Notes: generated from the letters alone by a model not told the origin. 64,000 nt of DNA from an uncultured Solirubrobacterales bacterium (GCA_963824215.1 CAWGOE010000004.1:137629-201628); one strand, 5' to 3'. Counted from the stretch's first letter, positions 26,306 to 34,954 are shown. Program-made: numbers and translations.

Positions 26306-26668
26306 TTGTCAGCAGCGAAGCGAGGGCGACTAGCTGGATGTATCGGCTTTCTTCTCATCGCCGCATTGGTCTTGCCGGGAACGGGAGGAGCCACTAGCTC
26401 CCCTAACTGGAAGAACTGCGGCTTGTTGCATTACCAGGCGGATCGCTTTGTCCGCACGGAAGCACGAGGCGTCGGCTGCGCCAAGGCGAGGCAGGTCGCT
26501 CGTGTGGTCGCTAATCATCCGGGCAAGCGCTATTGCCCGAACGCCGGGACGTGTCGTATCGCGGGCTTCACCTGCCTGATCGACACGTTTCGCGACAAGG
26601 TTCTTTGCACACGCGACCGGGAACCGTTGGAACGCATTCGTATGCGCGGCGTGACCAAACGCAGGTAA
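26306..26668 (+). CDS. Secreted Cys-rich small protein
   Basis: TTG start preceded by a GAAAGGAGA RBS. Signal peptide GCIGFLLIAALVLPGTGGA. Six Cys residues in the mature part. Confidence 0.6.
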   Translation: MSAAKRGRLAGCIGFLLIAALVLPGTGGATSSPNWKNCGLLHYQADRFVRTEARGVGCAKARQVARVVANHPGKRYCPNAGTCRIAGFTCLIDTFRDKVLCTRDREPLERIRMRGVTKRR

Positions 26669-26740
26669 ACCGATAATGGAAATGCCGCCCGCGCTGTTTG
26701 AGGCAGCCGGGCGGCGTGGCACCGAAAGGATGAACTTCCG

Positions 26741-27037
26741 ATGCAAAAGGATCGTATTGAGCAGGATCAGTTCTGCCTTGAGACTGAGCGCCCTGATCGT
26801 GTGGATGCAAGAACTCAAGGGCGAGTGCTCAGCCTGGTTCTCAGTGAGCAGCCTCGACAACTGAGCCGGGACGAGATTGAGCGCGAGCTACTAAACGCAC
26901 AATCCGATTTCGCCGAACGCGACGGGCTAGCGCGAGCGATCCGCGATCTCGCCCTGGCCGGGCTACTCCATGAAGTCGAACACTTGGTTTTCCCCAGCCG
27001 GGCAGCCCTGGTCTTTCACGATTTGGAGCTGGAATGA
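26741..27037 (+). CDS. Small wHTH-like protein, paralog family member 1
   Basis: Shares the ...EL...ERDGLARAIRDLALAGLL...V.P..AAL pattern with 38525..38794 and 46190..46426. Overlaps the start of the next XRE gene. Confidence 0.6.
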   Translation: MQKDRIEQDQFCLETERPDRVDARTQGRVLSLVLSEQPRQLSRDEIERELLNAQSDFAERDGLARAIRDLALAGLLHEVEHLVFPSRAALVFHDLELE

Positions 27038-27315
27038 GAGATCCCGTCGCTGAGCAGTTCGCTCAGAACTTGAAGCGCGTCCGCAAGCAAGCGGGGATTT
27101 CTCAGGAAGAACTCGGGCTGATAGCTGACTTACATCGAACCGAGATCAGCTTGCTAGAGACTGGCGCGCGAACCCCAAAGATTTCAACTTTGCTCAAGCT
27201 CTGCGCGGGCTTGCAAGTCAAGCCGAGCGCGATGCTCCAAGGAATTGAGTGGAAGCCCGGCGATGTAACCCCTGGCAGTTTCAGCGTCGAGAAGCCGGAC
27301 GCGTCCTCCCTTTAG
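27034..27315 (+). CDS. XRE-family HTH regulator
   Basis: FAQNLKRVRKQAGISQEELGLIADLHRTEISLLETGARTPKISTLLKLCAGL. Confidence 0.8.
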   Translation: MRDPVAEQFAQNLKRVRKQAGISQEELGLIADLHRTEISLLETGARTPKISTLLKLCAGLQVKPSAMLQGIEWKPGDVTPGSFSVEKPDASSL

Positions 27316-27333
27316 ACGACCTGCCCGTAGCGC

Positions 27334-27546
27334 CTACTTCTTCTTTTTCTGCCGGTTGTACGGCGACCGATTAACGGGCTTGAGTGACTGCCCAATTTCG
27401 CTGGCCTTGTTCTCGATGCTGGCTTTGGTGCGTTTCAGCTCGTGAGCGATCAACCCGGTCGGCGTGTTCCCTTTCGCCAGTTTTTTGAGTCGCCTTTCGT
27501 CCGTGCTCGTCCAATCCTGCCGGTGTTTCGCTGGCGTTTTCGCCAT
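27334..27546 (-). CDS. Small basic protein (Myb/SANT-like HTH, tentative)
   Basis: 70 aa, W-x2-DE-x2-LKKLA pattern, KKKK tail. An AGGAGGAAG RBS precedes the ATG. Confidence 0.5.
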   Translation of the reverse strand: MAKTPAKHRQDWTSTDERRLKKLAKGNTPTGLIAHELKRTKASIENKASEIGQSLKPVNRSPYNRQKKKK

Positions 27547-27661
27547 TGTTCTTCCTCCTGTCGTGATTAGTAGATCGGCACCTCGCGGCCAAGTAGAACT
27601 GTCTTGGGACAGCTAGTCAACAGACCCGCGTGTTTTCGTCGCAGATGTTGGACGGCGGGAA

Positions 27662-28693
27662 ATGACCGCCTCGCTCCCTAATCTGAGAGCTGTGCCACAG
27701 AAACGAAAGAAACAGCGCCGGGTCGCTTCCCAGCGACCTCCTTCATACCCAGGGGGAGCCTCGATAGGCGACCTCCCCGGTGCCGGGAAGCCCTCCAACT
27801 TTGACGTGATCGAGGAGAGAATTTCGGATGCCGGAACTATCCGCTCTCGCGCTCTTGCGACTTTGACCGAGGATGCTGGTGCCAGCCGTTCTAGCGCGTT
27901 GGCTGCCCTGGGCGGGAAGAAGCTCTTGCCGCCGATTCGGGCGGGCATCATTGATTATCTGAGCGAAGAGGATCAAAAGACTCTGGAAGAGAAAATGGCG
28001 AAGGTATCGCAGACGATCTCGGGTCATTTCGAGAGCATCGACTTTCCGCCACCCGAGCTTCGTGAGCGAATGATGGAGCTTGGCCAGCGCGCGTTTCGGC
28101 AACAACGGCTAGCTGGTGAGACTGTTGTCTTGCCGCCGAGTCCGCAGCCTCCCTATGGACAGGAGCAGCAGGAGAAGAAGCAGAAGGGCAAGGCTCGGCG
28201 GCGGCCTCCGGCGCGGGAGCAGATCGCTAAGCGCGTTTTCAAGCGGCATCGCCAAGCGGTTGTCTCCTTCTTGAAAGAGGCCGGGCTGAAAACTGAGTTG
28301 GACGAGCTGGGGAAGGTCGAGACTGAAGTCGCGAAAGGCTCGAAGCGCTCCTGTATGCACGCCGCATACAGCGCCAGGGTTCTATTAGAAGGCTTGGCGA
28401 ATCACTTGTTCCCGCCCACCTCGGAGAAGTGGCGAGGGCGCGATACGCAGGAGCGCTCCTTGGGCGCGAAAGACTTCAAAAACCGCCTGATCGCCTACGT
28501 CGAGCGGGAGCTTGAGGGTCAATTGGAGGGCGAGGAGTTCCGAGCGTTCGTCGGCACCTTGGATGTGGTGATGCGCTGGACTGGCGGAGGTCCTCACGGA
28601 TCGCACGAGCCAGACGACGCTGAGCATCTCTACACGCGGATGATCGACGCGCTGTCCGTGATCGCTCGCGCATACGCGGCAGAGCAGACCTAG
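27662..28693 (+). CDS. Hypothetical protein (343 aa)
   Basis: Long ORF with island-like composition, basic and low-complexity in the centre. The C-terminal helical region (CMHAAYSARVLLEGLANHLFPP...) is only vaguely DUF4145-like. Confidence 0.6.
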   Translation: MTASLPNLRAVPQKRKKQRRVASQRPPSYPGGASIGDLPGAGKPSNFDVIEERISDAGTIRSRALATLTEDAGASRSSALAALGGKKLLPPIRAGIIDYLSEEDQKTLEEKMAKVSQTISGHFESIDFPPPELRERMMELGQRAFRQQRLAGETVVLPPSPQPPYGQEQQEKKQKGKARRRPPAREQIAKRVFKRHRQAVVSFLKEAGLKTELDELGKVETEVAKGSKRSCMHAAYSARVLLEGLANHLFPPTSEKWRGRDTQERSLGAKDFKNRLIAYVERELEGQLEGEEFRAFVGTLDVVMRWTGGGPHGSHEPDDAEHLYTRMIDALSVIARAYAAEQT

Positions 28694-28700
28694 CACTCGC

Positions 28701-29762
28701 GTGGCTAGCGGCCAGCGAGCAGAGGTTCGTAGGGAGACTTTGGAAGCACTCCTGGCCGTCTCTGAGCATCTTGGTTTGCCAGCAGGTGAGGCTCCGACGA
28801 TGGCGCAGTTTGACCAGGCAGCCGACGAGCTGGGCTTGGATTGGAGCAGCGCCCGAGTGATCCGGGTCTGGGAGCGCTGGCGCTTGGCTCAGGAAGTGTT
28901 CAAGGGCGAACGCGACGCTCGCTCCTTTATCGGGCGGGATTTTCACGCTGCTCCGGGTCGCAGCCGGAAGAATCAAGAGGAGCCGATACGCGGGGTGAAG
29001 CGCTGGTTGCGCTCGCGTCCGCAGCGCAAGACCGCTTCGGCTTATGACGAGTTCGCCAAGGCTTACAACGCGAGCGAGGTATCAGCAGATAAACGCCTTC
29101 GCTCACCCCAATCTGTGAGCGGCGCGCTTCGACTGCGCTGGCCAAACGTAATCGCCGTCGCTCGTGGTGAAGTCTCGCTGACGGATGCGCGCGAACGGGA
29201 GCTGGCCGAACTCCTGCCCAAGGTCAGCACCGCGAACGCGATCCTTGGTTCCCCTGGAGCCTCGCGGCTGCTCAAGCGTTCGGAGCAGGCGGTGCGAGAT
29301 GCGTTCAAGCAGAGTCGCCATTTCCCCATTCCCGTAGCGGTGATGGACGGCAGGCACGCCTGGCTCTATGACGACTTGAAGCGCTACAAGCGCGGCCTGG
29401 CGGCTCCCAAACGCTCTGAGGGAGAACTCCAATTCCTGTACATGGATTCGTCTGAGCTGCGGACGCGCCTCAGTCTCTCTTCGGGAGCATTCCGACGCCG
29501 GGTGAAAGAGCAGCGATGGGATCTTGTCCCCCGACCCGAGGGAGCTGTCGCTGCTGGGGTTCCATATTGGCTCCGAGAGAAGGTCGAGGACTGGCTGCGG
29601 GTCAAAGGCAAAGCCGAACTCACGCCGGAGCAGGAAGACGAGATCAAGAAGGCAAATGCCCGCCGCGCGGCTGTCATCGGCGCTAGTCTCAAAGCAGCGC
29701 GCCAGAAGGAACCCTGGCGACACCGCAAACGCGGCAAGAGGAAGCGGCGGAAAAGCGCTTAA
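28701..29762 (+). CDS. Hypothetical protein with homing-endonuclease-associated-repeat-like N-terminal units and Lys/Arg-rich tail
   Basis: GTG start 8 nt after the previous stop. Units end in ...VIRVWERWRLAQEVF and ...YDEFAKAYN. Tail KRGKRKRRKSA. Confidence 0.6.
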   Translation: MASGQRAEVRRETLEALLAVSEHLGLPAGEAPTMAQFDQAADELGLDWSSARVIRVWERWRLAQEVFKGERDARSFIGRDFHAAPGRSRKNQEEPIRGVKRWLRSRPQRKTASAYDEFAKAYNASEVSADKRLRSPQSVSGALRLRWPNVIAVARGEVSLTDARERELAELLPKVSTANAILGSPGASRLLKRSEQAVRDAFKQSRHFPIPVAVMDGRHAWLYDDLKRYKRGLAAPKRSEGELQFLYMDSSELRTRLSLSSGAFRRRVKEQRWDLVPRPEGAVAAGVPYWLREKVEDWLRVKGKAELTPEQEDEIKKANARRAAVIGASLKAARQKEPWRHRKRGKRKRRKSA

Positions 29763-29833
29763 AAAGAGGGATTGCGTCGATTCTCCCGCTAAATATCCGG
29801 AACTTTCCCGCTAAGCAATCTAGGGCAATAAGA

Positions 29834-29861
29834 AGGCCGCTCCAGGAGCGGCCTCTTACTT
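29834..29861 (+). terminator. Rho-independent-type terminator after 28701..29762
   Basis: Stem aggccgct (29834-29841) / agcggcct (29847-29854), loop ccagg, then a T-containing tail cttactt. Confidence 0.6.
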
Positions 29862-29882
29862 GAAATCAATCCCAGCCAGGGT

Positions 29883-29959
29883 GCGCATCTCGGGGTCTTC
29901 AGTCGTCCTCCTCGGGTCACGCACATAAGTGCGCTCCCCTCGTCGTCCTCCCTGCATCC
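29883..29959. repeat. REP-like dispersed intergenic element, copy B
   Basis: Matches 13755-13832. Retains the hairpin cgcac-ataa-gtgcg. Lies 18 nt from the right end of island 1. Confidence 0.8.
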
Positions 29960-30000
29960 CCCGACCTGCACGCCCTGGGCAAGCTGTCCGGCAGCGATAA

Positions 30001-30645
30001 CTAGGCGATCGCCGAGCGCACGCCGGCGATCGCCTGCTCGCTGTCCTGGAAGTGGACGGCGGTCATTCCCGCCTTTTCGGCCCCTTCGCAGTTGACTAGG
30101 ACGTCGTCGACGAAGAGGCAGGACTCCGCGGGGAGGCCGAGCCCGTCGAGGGTGATCTCGTAGATCTTCGATTCGGGCTTGCGACAGCCGACGAAGCCGG
30201 AGTCGACGACGGTCTCGAAGATCTCATCGACCGGCAGCATTGGGCGCCACAGCGGCTCCCACTCCTGCACGTTGTTGGTCAGCATCGCCATCCGGTAGCC
30301 GCTGTCCTTGAGCTCGCGCATCAGCTCGATCATCGCCGGGTTCGGCTGCAGCGCCTCGAAGTAGATCTCTTTGAAGCGGTGCATCTCCGGCCTGTGTCCG
30401 AGTAGCGGCTCGAGGCTTTCGGTGAGCTTCTCCAGGAAGGCGACCTCGGTGATCTCGCCGCGCTCCATTTCGAAGAGGGGGTTGTCGCCGTTGGCCTCCG
30501 TGGCCGCCTGCATTCCCTTCCCGAGCACTTCGGTCGTGATCCCCGTTCGGTCCTGGAAGGCCATGAACGACTGCACCAGGGGGCTGGTCAGCACTCCGCC
30601 GAAGTCGGAGATAACTGCAGTGATCTTGCTACCCGGCTCAGGCAT
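30001..30645 (-). CDS. HAD-superfamily hydrolase (subfamily IA)
   Basis: Motif I VISDFGGVLT, motif II LTNN, motif IV FVDD. Confidence 0.85.
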   Translation of the reverse strand: MPEPGSKITAVISDFGGVLTSPLVQSFMAFQDRTGITTEVLGKGMQAATEANGDNPLFEMERGEITEVAFLEKLTESLEPLLGHRPEMHRFKEIYFEALQPNPAMIELMRELKDSGYRMAMLTNNVQEWEPLWRPMLPVDEIFETVVDSGFVGCRKPESKIYEITLDGLGLPAESCLFVDDVLVNCEGAEKAGMTAVHFQDSEQAIAGVRSAIA

Positions 30646-31030
30646 CGCGGGTCAGCTCGTAGTGACCGAGCCCCTCCCGGCCCTCGACCGACCAGCGGAA
30701 GAAGGCGATCTCGGAAACGGTGCCCGGTCGCTGCACTTTCGCCGAGCTGATCAGCGTCCCCGCTCCGCGCAGGGGCGGCCCGTCATCGTCATCGGTCCAG
30801 AGCTCCAGCGTCGCCCGCCGTTGCACGCCGTCGGGACCGTACTCGGTCGAGAGCAGCGCCTCGGAGACCTCAACCGGGGCGCCATCAGGGCCGCAGATGA
30901 TCGCTGAGACCCGCTCGTCGCCGTGGCCGCTGGCTCCGGCCGGCCGTTCGGCGCTCAACGCCAGCAGGCCGCCGTCGGAGAAGACGATGCCGATCGAACG
31001 CCGCTGCGCCTGGTTGAAATTCTCACTCAC
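30638..31030 (-). CDS. Hypothetical protein (130 aa)
   Basis: GTG 31030 is in frame within ORF 30638..31333. The longer N-terminal extension would run antisense through the DUF59 gene. Overlaps the HAD start by 8 nt. Confidence 0.5.
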   Translation of the reverse strand: MSENFNQAQRRSIGIVFSDGGLLALSAERPAGASGHGDERVSAIICGPDGAPVEVSEALLSTEYGPDGVQRRATLELWTDDDDGPPLRGAGTLISSAKVQRPGTVSEIAFFRWSVEGREGLGHYELTRDA

Positions 31031-31090
31031 CGTGCCGCAGCCTATTTGACCACCCGAGAGGCCGGCCCGGTGCGTCGCTAGGCTGTGGGC

Positions 31091-31408
31091 ATGTCTGAGA
31101 ACCAAACCGAAGTGCTCACCGAGGACGACGTCTTCGAGGCGCTCGAGGAGGTCATCGATCCCGAGCTGGGGCTCGACTTCGTCTCCCTCGGCCTCGTCTA
31201 CGACGTCAACATCGAGGACGAAGACGTCTACGTCACCTTCACCCTGACTACGCCGGCCTGCCCAATCGGCCCCCAGGTCTCCGAGCAGATGAAAGAGTTC
31301 GTAGGCGACCTCCCCGGCGTAAGCGCCGTCCACCCAAAGATGATCTTCGACCCCCCCTGGTCCCCAGAGATGATGACCGAGGACGCCAAGTTTGCGCTGG
31401 GCTTCTAG
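31091..31408 (+). CDS. sufT: DUF59/SufT-like Fe-S cluster assembly protein
   Basis: EALEEVIDPELGLDFVSLGLVYDV...TLTTPACP is the DUF59 (MIP18) signature. Its last roughly 40 nt are the integration target repeated at 45543 and 49587. Confidence 0.85.
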   Translation: MSENQTEVLTEDDVFEALEEVIDPELGLDFVSLGLVYDVNIEDEDVYVTFTLTTPACPIGPQVSEQMKEFVGDLPGVSAVHPKMIFDPPWSPEMMTEDAKFALGF

Positions 31409-31447
31409 GCAGGGTTTGCGGGGTCATAGGGGGTCAATCGGGGTCTA
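31369..31447 (+). repeat. Direct repeat 1 (attL-like): 3' end of sufT-like gene plus 39 nt downstream
   Basis: gatgatgaccgaggacgccaagtttgcgctgggcttctaggcagggtttgcggggtcatagggggtcaatcggggtcta is nearly identical to 45543-45621. The 29-nt core is also present at 49587-49615. Confidence 0.85.
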
Positions 31448-31468
31448 TTTCATCCCCATCCCATCCCC

Positions 31469-32176
31469 ATGAGCATCCCCACGGACAACAATGCGAGTGC
31501 TTTCTCGGAGGCTCGAAGCGCACCCGACCAGTTACTCTCGGTGGTCGAGGTTGCGCGCCTGATGGGGGTGGGGATGCCAACCGCGGTCGGATACGTGATG
31601 GACATGGGCCTTCGCTCTCTTGACGAGGGCGAGCTGATCAAGGCTGAACGTCTCGAGGTTCCCCTGATCCGTCGCAGCGAGTTGGACCGATTTGCTGAGG
31701 AGCTAAAGGCGGAGCTGCCTCCGGCTCCGGCCCCTCAGGCGCCAGCCAACCTGGTCGAAAATGAAGCATTCCTGGCCGCGTACCACTTCGTCATGTCGTT
31801 GCAGGCGGGCGACTTCGATGGCGTCTGGAATACGGCGAGTCGGGCGTCCAAAGAGGCCCTGGAGAGTCCGAAGAACTTGGCGAGCTGGTGGAGCCGATAT
31901 CTGGACATTGCGAATGCCTCGGAGCCGGGAGTGGCATCGGGGGTTTATTCGATAGACGACGAGACTGTCGCGATCAAGTACATGGCTGACACCCCCGCCT
32001 CTGGTGGATACATGAAAGTGGGCACTATCGTCGAGGCAACCCCACTTGCACTTGTCCTCGACCCTGAGGGCTGGCGCTTGGATCAGCCAACCCAGGAGCG
32101 CTGTGCCGAGTGGCGCCATATCGTTGGCGGTCCTCAGCCCGAGGGAGGCTCAGGTTCTGCAAATGGGCCAAACTGA
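31469..32176 (+). CDS. Hypothetical protein with N-terminal excisionase/MerR-like HTH
   Basis: LLSVVEVARLMGVGMPTAVGYV is an HTH-like segment. The C-terminal half has no recognisable motif. The 3' end overlaps the convergent gene by 43 nt. Confidence 0.55.
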   Translation: MSIPTDNNASAFSEARSAPDQLLSVVEVARLMGVGMPTAVGYVMDMGLRSLDEGELIKAERLEVPLIRRSELDRFAEELKAELPPAPAPQAPANLVENEAFLAAYHFVMSLQAGDFDGVWNTASRASKEALESPKNLASWWSRYLDIANASEPGVASGVYSIDDETVAIKYMADTPASGGYMKVGTIVEATPLALVLDPEGWRLDQPTQERCAEWRHIVGGPQPEGGSGSANGPN

Positions 32177-33423
32177 TCGGTCGGAGCCTTGCCGAGGATT
32201 GCCCGCTCGCGGAGTCGCGTGTAGGGGAGTGCCAAAAGCATGAATTCCCTTACCGGTTCGTGCAGGAGCGCGTCGGCCATCGCGCGCGAGTAGCTCTCCT
32301 CCACAGTCAAGAAGGCGAGAAAGGCACCGAGTGCAACGATGCTGAGCAGTGCCGCGACCTCCAAATAGGGGTCGGCGGGAATCGACAAGTGCCACCAGAG
32401 GACGGTTACCGGGAAGTGAGAACTCTGCGACTGACTCCAATCTCGCGCCACGTCGGCTGGGACCAGGATCAGGCCCAGCGCGTACAGGTACCCGAAGACG
32501 CACACGCCAAGTCCCGCCAGCATCACCACCGTCCTCACTACCACTGCTCTTTTTAGTGGCCGCCGAACGATCTCGGCCAGGTAGGGGGAGAAGTCCTCGA
32601 CCAGGGAGGGATCGAAGCCGCTCCGAAGCATCCCCCGGCCGTTGTTCAGGACCCAGCTACCGGCATAGGGGCCAGCGAGTCGTCCCACCAGCGGGTCAAC
32701 CGCTCGCGCGGAGTCCGAGTCTGCGGCGAGCGCCGCTCCGGTGTCAGAAACCACGTTCGGGAGTGATCCGACCAACCTGCCGATCAAGACCAAGACCAAT
32801 GGTATGAGGATCAGTATCGCGAGCCAGATCAAGCGCGTCGCTTCCGCAGCGTCCGCCACCCGCCAGAGGTCGGCGGTCACCAATGGCGCAAATAGAAGCA
32901 GCAGCACCAGAGGGAACAGCAACGGGATGCTACGCAGCAGCGCTTTGCGGTCGACGCCGAGTCCGTTCTTGACGAAGCGAACGATCAGGTAGAGCCCGCC
33001 AGTGACTGCAAGCGCGACTCCAAAGGTGTCGCGCAAGCCTGCGAAGCCATACTCGATCGCTACCAGCACCGCCAGGACGATCCAGCCCACCATGATGGAA
33101 ATCGCGGCTTGCGGCCATCTGCTGCCGAGAACAAGGACCAGGACAAAGAGCGCCATCGTCACGAACGCGGTCCATCCCATGGGCAAAGACAGCGCGAATC
33201 TGGCGCTTAGCGCGTAGCCAAGGCTAAATGCGAGCGTGAAGAAAAATCCGGTCCAGTTGGGACCGAGCACCGGTGCCGGCGGTCTCTCCTCGCTCAGGCA
33301 AAGGCGGTTGTAGCCGGCCTTGGTGAGCGCGTCAGCGAGGTGGTGCCGCAGCTCTTCCTCGGGCGGGCGGGGCCCAAGCGAAGAGATTCCACCCTCGTCG
33401 TCTGCGGATAAGTCAGTGGCCAT
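32134..33423 (-). CDS. Polytopic membrane protein (about 9-10 TM), unknown function
   Basis: 429-aa ORF with many hydrophobic helices (FFFTLAFSLGYAL, FVTMALFVLVLVLG, IMVGWIVLAVLVAI, LLFPLVLLLLFAPL, ...). Confidence 0.65.
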   Translation of the reverse strand: MATDLSADDEGGISSLGPRPPEEELRHHLADALTKAGYNRLCLSEERPPAPVLGPNWTGFFFTLAFSLGYALSARFALSLPMGWTAFVTMALFVLVLVLGSRWPQAAISIMVGWIVLAVLVAIEYGFAGLRDTFGVALAVTGGLYLIVRFVKNGLGVDRKALLRSIPLLFPLVLLLLFAPLVTADLWRVADAAEATRLIWLAILILIPLVLVLIGRLVGSLPNVVSDTGAALAADSDSARAVDPLVGRLAGPYAGSWVLNNGRGMLRSGFDPSLVEDFSPYLAEIVRRPLKRAVVVRTVVMLAGLGVCVFGYLYALGLILVPADVARDWSQSQSSHFPVTVLWWHLSIPADPYLEVAALLSIVALGAFLAFLTVEESYSRAMADALLHEPVREFMLLALPYTRLRERAILGKAPTDQFGPFAEPEPPSG

Positions 33424-33480
33424 ACTTTCGATGCGTTGTACTCATCGCAGGTTTCAGCACAAACGCTGAGTGAATATATG

Positions 33481-34617
33481 TCAGGGCCGTTCCAAATATG
33501 AATCCAGCAACCGACGCGCTTCGACCTCGCTGCCGGGCATCAGGTGCCCGTAGCGGTCGAGCGTGATCGTGATCGTCGCGTGCCCCAGATAGGTGCTCAG
33601 GGTCTTGGCGTTGAGGCCAGCGGCGATTCCGATGCTGGCGAAAGTGTGGCGACCCTCGTGGAAACCGAGCGGCTTGAGCCCCGCCTCCTCCCATCGCGCG
33701 TGGGTGCGACGGCGCAGGATTCCGGGATCGGTTGGCCACTCGGGGTTGTTGGCACTCGGGAAAAGAAGGCCGTCGCTCGGGTGATCAAGCAGGACAAGAT
33801 GATCGACCAAGAGCGCAGCGAGCCTGTCGATGATCGGCACGCTACGCGGCTTACGGGACTTCGTTGGGATGAACTGCTTGGTTCCGCGATCCCAGCTCCG
33901 GTGGACGTGAATCCAGCCGCCATCGAGATCAACGGCGGCAACGTCGAGCGCCAGCAACTCCCCGAGACGTAGACCGGCGTAGACGGCGAGACCGAGCGTG
34001 GCCCGGTCCTTGGGCCGCATCGCGGCTATCAGTCTCTCTGCTTCGGCGGGGGACGCGATCCGGTCACGCGTCTTCTGTCCTGCCGGAAGCCGAAGTCCGA
34101 CGCAGGGATTCACATGGACCCACCCGCGCAGTTCCGCGAAGCCGATCAAGGCCCGCAGCGCCGCCACGATGTTCCTGATCGTGGACGGCGACCTGTCCGC
34201 CGTCGTCAGTCCGTCAACCCAGCGTTGGAGTTCTGGACGCTGAAGGCGGCTGATCCGCTTCGACCCCAGCTCGGACACCGCGTGATTGTTGAGGTCGTGC
34301 TCGTAGCCCCGAATGGTGCTCGGCTTGTAGGCGTGCCCGCCTTTCTGACGGAACGTGTTCGACTTCATATCGGCGATGAATTCCTCCGCCGCTTCGGAGA
34401 CGGTCGGCCCGGCTGCGGCCGACAGCGTGCCCGCCTGGAGGCGCGCTTGCGCGTCTACCCGCCAGGACCGTGCCTCGGCTAGTGATCCCGTCCACGGCCC
34501 CCGGATGTACTTGCCGACGGACTTGTCGTGGGCGGTGCCCCTGTATCGCTTCTTCCCCTTCGTGTCCTCTCGGACTTCGATCCCTTGGAGGGCCGGACTA
34601 CGCTTCTTAGTGCTCAT
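33481..34617 (-). CDS. int: Tyrosine recombinase / phage-type integrase
   Basis: SAM-like N-domain. Catalytic contexts GLRLGELLAL (R), HEGRHTF (H-x-x-R) and LGHATITITLDRYGHL (H...Y). Confidence 0.9.
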   Translation of the reverse strand: MSTKKRSPALQGIEVREDTKGKKRYRGTAHDKSVGKYIRGPWTGSLAEARSWRVDAQARLQAGTLSAAAGPTVSEAAEEFIADMKSNTFRQKGGHAYKPSTIRGYEHDLNNHAVSELGSKRISRLQRPELQRWVDGLTTADRSPSTIRNIVAALRALIGFAELRGWVHVNPCVGLRLPAGQKTRDRIASPAEAERLIAAMRPKDRATLGLAVYAGLRLGELLALDVAAVDLDGGWIHVHRSWDRGTKQFIPTKSRKPRSVPIIDRLAALLVDHLVLLDHPSDGLLFPSANNPEWPTDPGILRRRTHARWEEAGLKPLGFHEGRHTFASIGIAAGLNAKTLSTYLGHATITITLDRYGHLMPGSEVEARRLLDSYLERP

Positions 34618-34907
34618 GGAGTGTCCTCTCTATGGGCCATGCCCCCGGCCGGTGCAACGGCGCGGGGGCGCTTTGTCACTACCGGCATTTTAGACGCCAG
34701 CCTGGTCGTCGCGGTCAATGTGGCGTTGCCGGCCAGCCACTTTTCGATCTCTGGGACAGGGATGATTCGCAGGCTTCCACGACGAACGATCCGCAGCTCG
34801 GGTTGAACGTGGCGCTTGAATGACGACTCGCTCATCCCGACCGCTTCGGCGGCCTCCTCGACGGTCAGGCCGAGGCGAGGGGGTGAAGGGCGGTTTGGCA
34901 TGGGCAT
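34614..34907 (-). CDS. xis: Excisionase-family HTH DNA-binding protein
   Basis: LTVEEAAEAVGMSESSFKRHV...RIIPVPEIEKWL. The stop overlaps the int start. Start at Met 34907 or 34901. Confidence 0.75.
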   Translation of the reverse strand: MPMPNRPSPPRLGLTVEEAAEAVGMSESSFKRHVQPELRIVRRGSLRIIPVPEIEKWLAGNATLTATTRLASKMPVVTKRPRAVAPAGGMAHREDTP

Positions 34908-34931
34908 TCCTGTTGTCCACCAGGGATGTCG

Positions 34932-34954
34932 TTTGCATCGGGCATTTGCATCGG
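34932..34954. promoter_or_regulatory. Two direct TTTGCATCGG repeats in the xis / relaxase divergent intergenic region
   Basis: tttgcatcgg at 34932-34941 and 34945-34954 (13-nt register), about 25 nt upstream of the xis start. Confidence 0.4.

Larger units (their letters stand above)
20875..29864. mobile_element. Island 1: roughly 9-kb lower-G+C accessory segment, transposon-like
   Basis: Inverted TTCAAGTAAG at 20875-20884 and 29855-29864. Subterminal TTAGCGGGA-type motifs sit in opposite orientation at the two ends. A DDE transposase-like gene lies at the left end. Flanked by high-G+C core genes. No target-site duplication found. Confidence 0.5.

Noticed and set aside
31031-31333. N-terminal extension of ORF 30638..31333
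   Set aside because: It would run antisense through the well-supported DUF59 gene. An in-frame GTG at 31030 gives a compact gene instead.
31369-31447. tRNA or tmRNA gene as integration target
   Set aside because: The repeated segment is the in-frame 3' end of a protein gene. No acceptor-stem or T-loop (GTTCRANYC) pattern was found here or elsewhere in the window.
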